Source: a virus
Lineage: Duplodnaviria; Caudoviricetes
Direction: 5' to 3' (one strand)
IMG/VR virus record: IMGVR_UViG_3300032272_000050
Span: 1 to 32,322 of that record
DNA length: 32,322 bases
Position numbers and translations under genes: made by a program. Below, piece by piece: positions 27,078 to 32,322 of this stretch. Under the pieces are notes generated by a model. The model had not been told where the DNA came from, searched no databases, and worked only from the letters and a program-made list of their open reading frames with translations. Each line of letters starts with the position of its first letter. Position 1 is the stretch's first letter.

Positions 27078-27286
27078 CCGATACTCGCACTGTCAATGGT
27101 GTTTTCATTCACATGAACCGCAAATAAATTGCGGCCGGTGATATCAACGCCGGGCATATCTTCCAGCATCGGCGGAACCAGTTCTGAACTAATCAGCAGA
27201 TCATGCGACTGCGACACCGACACCCGGGCCGTAGGGTCAAAATCATCAAACCGGTCGATAATATCTTTTAGCTGGTAAAGCCTCAT
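27074..27286 (-). CDS. Hypothetical protein
   Basis: 4-nt overlaps on both sides; 70 aa. Confidence 0.65.
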   Translation of the reverse strand: MRLYQLKDIIDRFDDFDPTARVSVSQSHDLLISSELVPPMLEDMPGVDITGRNLFAVHVNENTIDSASIG

Positions 27287-27624
27287 AGCGAACCACCGGA
27301 TAAAAGAGGATTATCAGGATCAAATTCCACATGCAGGTGTGTATCTTCAAGCACCACATCATAGTCGCCGCCGAGCCGCTGTTGCATCGCCGCGGCAAAA
27401 TACGACTTGTCACTATCGATCAAATGCCGGGTTCTGAAATCAACAGCGTTGCCCTCATAATGTTTTGAATTTTTGGAATGCTTACCGTCGCACAGGCTGG
27501 TAACCACACAGTTGGCATTTTCTTCAGATAAAATCTGGTTGGCGACTTCGATTGCATGCCAAATTTCAGGGCGTACACAGCCGGTTTTGCAATAGCCTTT
27601 CACGCTGTTTTTAAACTGGATCAT
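27283..27624 (-). CDS. Zn-dependent M15-family (Hedgehog/DD-peptidase fold) peptidase, candidate endolysin
   Basis: VVTS...H...SKHYEGNAVDFR (SxHxxGxAxD) and HLHVEFD zinc ligands; GGAGG RBS. Confidence 0.85.
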   Translation of the reverse strand: MIQFKNSVKGYCKTGCVRPEIWHAIEVANQILSEENANCVVTSLCDGKHSKNSKHYEGNAVDFRTRHLIDSDKSYFAAAMQQRLGGDYDVVLEDTHLHVEFDPDNPLLSGGSL

Positions 27625-28696
27625 GGGGTGCCTCCTGATAATTCGTCGATTGCAGCCAGTCGTTCGGGTCCTTGCCCGCGCTCTCCGGCGTTTGAAAATC
27701 TATAACCACCCGGCCCTTGGCGGCGTGCGCCTTGATCGCTTTCTCAAAGGCAGCGATAGCCTGCGGATTGTCCCAGTCGTTCTGGCGGCAAAGAATAACC
27801 TCTTTCACCGTGTCTGGCAGCCATACGGCCGCAAGGTTCGACAGGCTCACCGCCGCATGAACCCGCAGTGTTGGGTCAACCAGCGCCATGGTCAGCGCGT
27901 CCTCGATCCCTTCGGTCAGCGCAATGCGCTCGCCCGGAGGACTGTCTTTCAATGGGCAGCGGCTGGCGCCTCGCCATATGGGGATGCTGCCGCCAGCATA
28001 GGTTCCGTAAACTTTTTTACAATTGGCCAGGGGGGCCTTGAACCATTCATTTGGCTGCGTTTCGTCCTGAGACTGGGTCAGATAGGTGCGATGCGCCGCC
28101 ATAAAACCCCGTTCGCCGGTGATACAGGCCATCATAGCGGGCAGACCTGATCGACTTTCGCGTTCATAAGCGTCTGGATGGAAGCGCAACGCGCCCGGCT
28201 GCCGGGGCCATTCACGCAGGTCAACGCCGCGACCACGCAAATAATAGTCAACCGGTGTGTCGCGCAGCTTAGGCTCGGCCGACAGCCACATTTTATGAGC
28301 CTTGTCGCGGCGCTTGACGGCATCCTGCTGTGCAACATAATCCTGGTGTTTGACTGCAGCCTGCGCGTTCTGCTGTCGGCGGCGCAACTCCGCCGGTTCA
28401 ATATCATCAATTCCAAGCCAGCCCTTGGCCCATTTGACCGCTTCGCCGCGGTTGCCGCCGGTGACCACTTTTTCAATCAATATCAGCGCATCGCCCTTGT
28501 CATCGTCGCTGCCGCCGTAGTCTACCCAGGCACCTGCGCGCACACCGCGGTACAGTTTCAGGCTCTGCCCGCGCTCACCCGCCAGCGAGCCAAGCTCGAA
28601 CCAGCCAGCTTTACGCACCGCGTTTGGGAACAGTTCCATAACGAGGCTGTCCCAGCGGGTATTAAGCATGGCGATAATGTCTCTAATTTCCATCAC
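27611..28696 (-). CDS. Toprim-domain DNA primase
   Basis: GSLAGERGQSL N-terminus, YLRGRG, LRFHP, HRTYL, TEGIEDALT and QND Toprim motifs, GKDPNDWL end. Confidence 0.85.
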   Translation of the reverse strand: MMEIRDIIAMLNTRWDSLVMELFPNAVRKAGWFELGSLAGERGQSLKLYRGVRAGAWVDYGGSDDDKGDALILIEKVVTGGNRGEAVKWAKGWLGIDDIEPAELRRRQQNAQAAVKHQDYVAQQDAVKRRDKAHKMWLSAEPKLRDTPVDYYLRGRGVDLREWPRQPGALRFHPDAYERESRSGLPAMMACITGERGFMAAHRTYLTQSQDETQPNEWFKAPLANCKKVYGTYAGGSIPIWRGASRCPLKDSPPGERIALTEGIEDALTMALVDPTLRVHAAVSLSNLAAVWLPDTVKEVILCRQNDWDNPQAIAAFEKAIKAHAAKGRVVIDFQTPESAGKDPNDWLQSTNYQEAPHDPV

Positions 28697-29127
28697 AAGA
28701 CCCCCTGCGCATATTGGTCCAGCGCCTTTTCAAAAAACAATTGATCGGGGCTTGGGCGAATATCAGGGCGCGGAGCAACAGCCAGGGTGCCACAGGTGCG
28801 AACGCGAGCAGAAGCGGTTGCTATTGGTTGACCCGTGGCGCGAGCCCGGGAAATGGTGGTTTTGTTGGGAACTTTGCCTTTCGGTGACGCCAGGGTGCGC
28901 GCACCCTTGAAACGGCCCTTGCATATCTCCACCACACGGTAGTTATAGGGCCATAGTTCCACACTGATAAAACCCAGCTGCACCAAATGACGCAAAGGCG
29001 CACGGCTGATACCATGTACGTCCTGTAAATATTCCCGGGTTGGGCATCGTTCATTTGACATTGCCACGGTGACAAAAATGTTAAACAGCTTGAATTGCTT
29101 CTCTGTCAGTTGGGAAAATTCACTCAT
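28693..29127 (-). CDS. Putative winged-helix DNA-binding protein
   Basis: LTEKQ...CPTREYL...LRHLVQLGFI resembles a LexA-type N-terminal wHTH. Confidence 0.55.
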   Translation of the reverse strand: MSEFSQLTEKQFKLFNIFVTVAMSNERCPTREYLQDVHGISRAPLRHLVQLGFISVELWPYNYRVVEICKGRFKGARTLASPKGKVPNKTTISRARATGQPIATASARVRTCGTLAVAPRPDIRPSPDQLFFEKALDQYAQGVL

Positions 29128-29483
29128 GAGCGCGCACCATGAAAACGAGTAATGGCAGAGCCAAATCGCTCGGTCGCGGCTGAAATGTATCGTTCAATTT
29201 GACGATACGCCGCGGGTGATACAGGCCCGCTAAAATCACAATCAGATAAAGCGAAGAAATCGCTGATATGTTTTTCAACAGGTACAGGTGGTGACATCGG
29301 TTTTTTGCGTGCCGACAGTATCCTTTTCATGGCCGGATTAAGCCGCAGGTATGACAGACGGGCAGAAACCTCTTTCGTATAGCAAGCAAGACAGTGACCT
29401 ATTTGCGCATCTGTGAAGCCCTGTTCAACCAACCGCACAAGCTGCCGGTCATACTGGGTGTTCCATTCAATAGTAGCTGTCAT
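29124..29483 (-). CDS. GcrA-like N-terminal HTH protein
   Basis: WNTQYDRQLVRLVEQGFTDAQIG...V.ARL.YLRL resembles the GcrA N-terminal pattern W....L..L...G.S..QIA. Confidence 0.5.
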   Translation of the reverse strand: MTATIEWNTQYDRQLVRLVEQGFTDAQIGHCLACYTKEVSARLSYLRLNPAMKRILSARKKPMSPPVPVEKHISDFFALSDCDFSGPVSPAAYRQIERYISAATERFGSAITRFHGARS

Positions 29484-29761
29484 AGCTCTACTCCCTGGCC
29501 TGCGACATATACTTTTGGGGCGCCCAGCGCCTGAAAGCTGGCACCAAGAAAAAACCCGAGCATGCCAAAGCGGGTTTTTTCGTCAGCATTTTTAAATGCG
29601 ACCCTTACCGCTTTTGGTGCGAGCAACGAAGGTTCACAACAAGAAAAATCGGGGCAGCATTCATCCCGCCCAGAATTATGAATTGATATGCCGTTGACCC
29701 ATTCCGATAACTGTTCGTCAGGCGTCATGTCACGTTCCAGCTTTTCAATTGCAGATGTCAT
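29480..29761 (-). CDS. Hypothetical Cys-rich phage protein
   Basis: HN...ECCPDFSCC motif; GGAG RBS. Confidence 0.7.
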   Translation of the reverse strand: MTSAIEKLERDMTPDEQLSEWVNGISIHNSGRDECCPDFSCCEPSLLAPKAVRVAFKNADEKTRFGMLGFFLGASFQALGAPKVYVAGQGVEL

Positions 29762-30062
29762 CGCTCCACCCCCTGACCCCAGTTCCCCACTCTGAATTTT
29801 CCGCGATTTTTAGGGGTTCCTTTTTGAAAAATCGCCGCTATACACACGCCTATTCCCTCTAATGGGGTTGCAGGCGCGGGTACCCCCCCTTGATTTTTTT
29901 CGGCGCATGACCCAGCAAAACCATGGGGGGAGGGGGTCAAAGCCTGTTGATAGGCAATCAACGGCTTTGTGCCAAATCTTCCATATAAATCAATGGCTTG
30001 CTTTATCACGGTAGACATTATGCGGTAGAGTTTCACGGTTCCACCTCGCTAACCTGTTGATT
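29760..30062. promoter_or_regulatory. Cis-acting region with IHF consensus sites, a dif-like 28-mer and G/C tracts (candidate packaging/recombination site)
   Basis: Perfect WATCAANNNNTTR matches at 29988-30000 (+) and 30050-30062 (-); dif-like sequence at 30001-30028; G/C homopolymer runs at about 29769-29936. Confidence 0.5.
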
Positions 30063-30641
30063 TTCCTCAATATTATTTTCTGGCAATTGCTCAACTACTT
30101 TGGGTGTGGTCGCGGCCAAAGCGGGGTCCAGCTGCTGGATCAGGCCAGCCGCACCACCAGCAATGGCCTTTGATGCGATGTCACCGCCGAGAAGAAAGCC
30201 CAGGCCCAGCGGTGTGTCGGCCTGCAGTTCCAGCGCCTGCGGCATTTTCTGCGCAACATAGGGCGCAACATTATTGGCAGCGGCCAGCTGTATCTTGGCG
30301 GCATCGACCAGGTCACATTTCAATTCAGCGGCCAGCAACGCCAACGGCCGGCTGGCATATTGCATCAGCACCACCAGCGGGTGGGTGTATTGGCTCAACA
30401 GAAAAGTGCGCATCTGCTCGGTGCTTTTGTTCTTCGCACCCTTTGGCCGTCCGGGCGCGCGGTGCTGGCTGATTATCGCGCCCATGCTATCGATATCGGG
30501 GACCTCGCCATCGGCGGTTTTTTCAGCCAGCAAACTCAACTGCTCAACCGGCCTGAGCGGCAACAGCGCATCCGGCGACACCGCCTCAAGTGCGGTATCA
30601 AGCGCCGCAGAAACACCCGTTTTTGCACCGGCGTCACTCAT
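30033..30641 (-). CDS. Putative terminase small subunit
   Basis: GRPKGAKNKST and AANNVAPYVAQK motifs seen in TerS-like phage proteins; start uncertain. Confidence 0.55.
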   Translation of the reverse strand: MSDAGAKTGVSAALDTALEAVSPDALLPLRPVEQLSLLAEKTADGEVPDIDSMGAIISQHRAPGRPKGAKNKSTEQMRTFLLSQYTHPLVVLMQYASRPLALLAAELKCDLVDAAKIQLAAANNVAPYVAQKMPQALELQADTPLGLGFLLGGDIASKAIAGGAAGLIQQLDPALAATTPKVVEQLPENNIEENQQVSEVEP

Positions 30642-30704
30642 GGCATAAACCACCAATATTTAATTGATCACCAGATAGGTCGCCGATCAGCCCATCACAC
30701 AAAG

Positions 30705-30952
30705 GTAACGGCATTTTAAAGACGTTACCGTTTGCGTTACCTTTTTTCATTCAGCTAAACCTTTGAATTTAAACATTTAATTACACTAATATCAATTTAG
30801 TAACGGTGGTAACGGTGGTAACGCATAATTTTGCGCAATAGGCACGCATAGGTGCATGTATCTGGCATCTGTTGAGCGTTACTAGCGTTACTTTGTAACT
30901 CTCTTTATATTTCAAAGAGTTAAGAGGTAACGCCCCTGTAACCCCTCGTTAC
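30705..30952. repeat. Putative replication origin with 12 GTAAC/GTTAC iterons
   Basis: GTAAC at 30705, 30800, 30809, 30818, 30895, 30927, 30938; GTTAC at 30724, 30736, 30878, 30887, 30948; AT-rich spacers; non-coding. Confidence 0.75.
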
Positions 30953-31179
30953 CAAACAAACCCAAAATTTCGCGTTTTTCCTTTTTCAGTCCTATGGGTT
31001 AGGGTGAGGGTCAAAAAGGCGGGGTTGGCGGCTGGTTGGCGCATTATGCTATCGCTTTCAATGTGGGTGTTTTGGTTGGTTAATCGCCACCCGCAGGCAC
31101 ACTATGGCAAAGCGGTAGCAGGTGGCGATGTGCTGGCGATGGGAGCAACGCCAGGGGAAATTATATAAAACCGGCCGGT

Positions 31180-31437
31180 TCATTCGGCGGCCTGAATATT
31201 TTGAGATGCGTCCGGGTCAGGGTCAGCCTGGGCGAGTGCCAGCATTTCTTTGTGCCATGAATTGGCTGTGACATAACCGCCGGACCACTGGAAAATTGTC
31301 AGGGTTAGAGCAGCGCCAGGCTTTTGTTTGCCCGAGCGAAGCTTGCCAACATAACCGTCACTAATCACCAGCTCCGCACCAATTTCAAGGTTGCTTTTAC
31401 CGCTAGTTTCGCAAAATTGATCAAATCGATTTGACAT
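31180..31437 (-). CDS. Cro-like HTH regulator
   Basis: HTH...GKQKPG...SGGYVTANSW pattern; divergent from the repressor; GGAG RBS. Confidence 0.8.
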   Translation of the reverse strand: MSNRFDQFCETSGKSNLEIGAELVISDGYVGKLRSGKQKPGAALTLTIFQWSGGYVTANSWHKEMLALAQADPDPDASQNIQAAE

Positions 31438-31461
31438 CGCCGCTTTTCTCCGATTGATCGA

Positions 31462-31546
31462 AAACATACTATATGTACGTTTTTAGTCAAATATTTTCTC
31501 ACAATTGACAATCGTTTCGTCGATACCAACATGTACTATATGTACG
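31462..31546. promoter_or_regulatory. Divergent switch region with two operator copies
   Basis: TACTATATGTACG at 31467-31479 and 31534-31546; minus-strand TTGACT-16 bp-TATGTT promoter overlaps the first copy; TTGACA at 31505. Confidence 0.7.
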
Positions 31547-31548
31547 GC

Positions 31549-31992
31549 ATGAATGTGCAGCCAGAAAATCGTATAAAAGAATTGAGGAAATCCAAGGGGT
31601 TCACTCAAGAAACACTCGCGGCCAAAATTGGCGGCGTGTCAGCTGGCCAGATCCGAAAACTGGAAGCCGGCCTTGGCGGCCTTACAATATATTGGCTACG
31701 GAAAGTTTCGGCGGCACTCGATGTTTACCCGAGCGACTTGCTTATTGAGACTGACCGCAACCCTCACACGCGCGCGATCGGCCAAATGAATGCGGAACTG
31801 CTTGCCGACATTCTGCAGGTAGCGCTGGAATATAATCAGAATATCAATAAATCCAATGTTGGCCGGTTGACACCGTCCGCGATGGCCGCAGCTGCGGCCA
31901 CGCTATACAATGAATTATCAACAGACGCGCCACCAAAAAACGTGATAAGGCAGCAAGCCAGTATCTTGTTTAAATTTGCGGCGACACAATAA
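31549..31992 (+). CDS. CI-like XRE-family repressor
   Basis: NRIKELRKSKGFTQETLA...IRKLEAG...ALDVYPSDLL is an XRE HTH; start could be 31531, 31540 or 31549. Confidence 0.88.
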   Translation: MNVQPENRIKELRKSKGFTQETLAAKIGGVSAGQIRKLEAGLGGLTIYWLRKVSAALDVYPSDLLIETDRNPHTRAIGQMNAELLADILQVALEYNQNINKSNVGRLTPSAMAAAAATLYNELSTDAPPKNVIRQQASILFKFAATQ

Positions 31993-32083
31993 AAAATATG
32001 TCTATACCATTGACATATACATAATAATTATTATTTCTACTGTTATCAGCGGCTAACCACCGCACCAACACAGGAGAAATATC

Positions 32084-32322
32084 ATGAGAGCCAAGAAAAA
32101 GACACCGCATATCGACTGGCAACAGAATGTTACCGATCAAATCGTGAAACAACTAGAGCAGGGCACCGCGCCCTGGTCTCGGCCTTGGGCAATCAACGGC
32201 TATAACGGCCTGGCCAAGCGCCACACCGGCGAATATTATCGCGGCGTCAATCTATTAGTTCTTGATATGGCAACCATGGCCAAAGGCTGGCACTCAGGCT
32301 ATTGGATGACGTTCAGACAAGC
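32084..32322 (+). CDS. ardC: ArdC-like (DUF1738) ssDNA-binding antirestriction protein, 5' part; runs off the window end
   Basis: Manual translation after AGGAG: ...VTDQIVKQLEQGTAPWSRPW...TGEYYRGVNLLVL...WMTFRQA, all hallmark ArdC N-terminal motifs. Absent from the ORF track. Confidence 0.9.
   Translation, partial: MRAKKKTPHIDWQQNVTDQIVKQLEQGTAPWSRPWAINGYNGLAKRHTGEYYRGVNLLVLDMATMAKGWHSGYWMTFRQ

Noticed and set aside
8840-28910. Many long + strand ORFs opposite structural and replication genes (e.g. 10618-11928, 18561-19619)
   Set aside because: Expected antisense ORFs in GC-rich coding DNA; no recognisable motifs or RBSs.
29758-30036. 92-aa ORF between the TerS-like gene and the Cys-rich gene
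   Set aside because: It has 4-nt overlaps at both ends so cannot be excluded, but it runs through homopolymer tracts, IHF sites and the dif-like site and looks like translated cis-acting DNA; not called as a CDS.

Overview
This window is most of a temperate, short-tailed (podovirus-like) phage genome; an alphaproteobacterial host is inferred from a GcrA-like gene and the tRNA-Thr fragment. Left to right: the 5' end of a serine recombinase; a + strand operon of small genes (including a MazG-like protein) ending in a tyrosine integrase-like gene; an attP-like site (3' half of tRNA-Thr(UGU) with arm repeats on both sides, suggesting the excised/free form); an AT-rich O-antigen ligase/Wzy-like moron; then a long - strand block with lysis-type membrane genes, tailspike, four internal virion proteins, tail tubular B/A, capsid, scaffold, portal, GNAT-like protein, TerL, helicase, M15 peptidase, Toprim primase, HTH genes, a TerS-like gene and a GTAAC-iteron origin; finally a cro/cI switch and the start of ardC. 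The most striking observations are: (1) the integrase appears to lack two catalytic residues although its att site looks intact; (2) the att arm motif TCTACCG recurs as a pair about 26 kb away, embedded in a dif-like 28-mer between IHF consensus sites at the end of terS; (3) a highly structured ~250-nt leader sequesters the capsid RBS; (4) replication genes and the endolysin candidate lie between terS and terL. All family calls come from manual motif recognition, with no database search.
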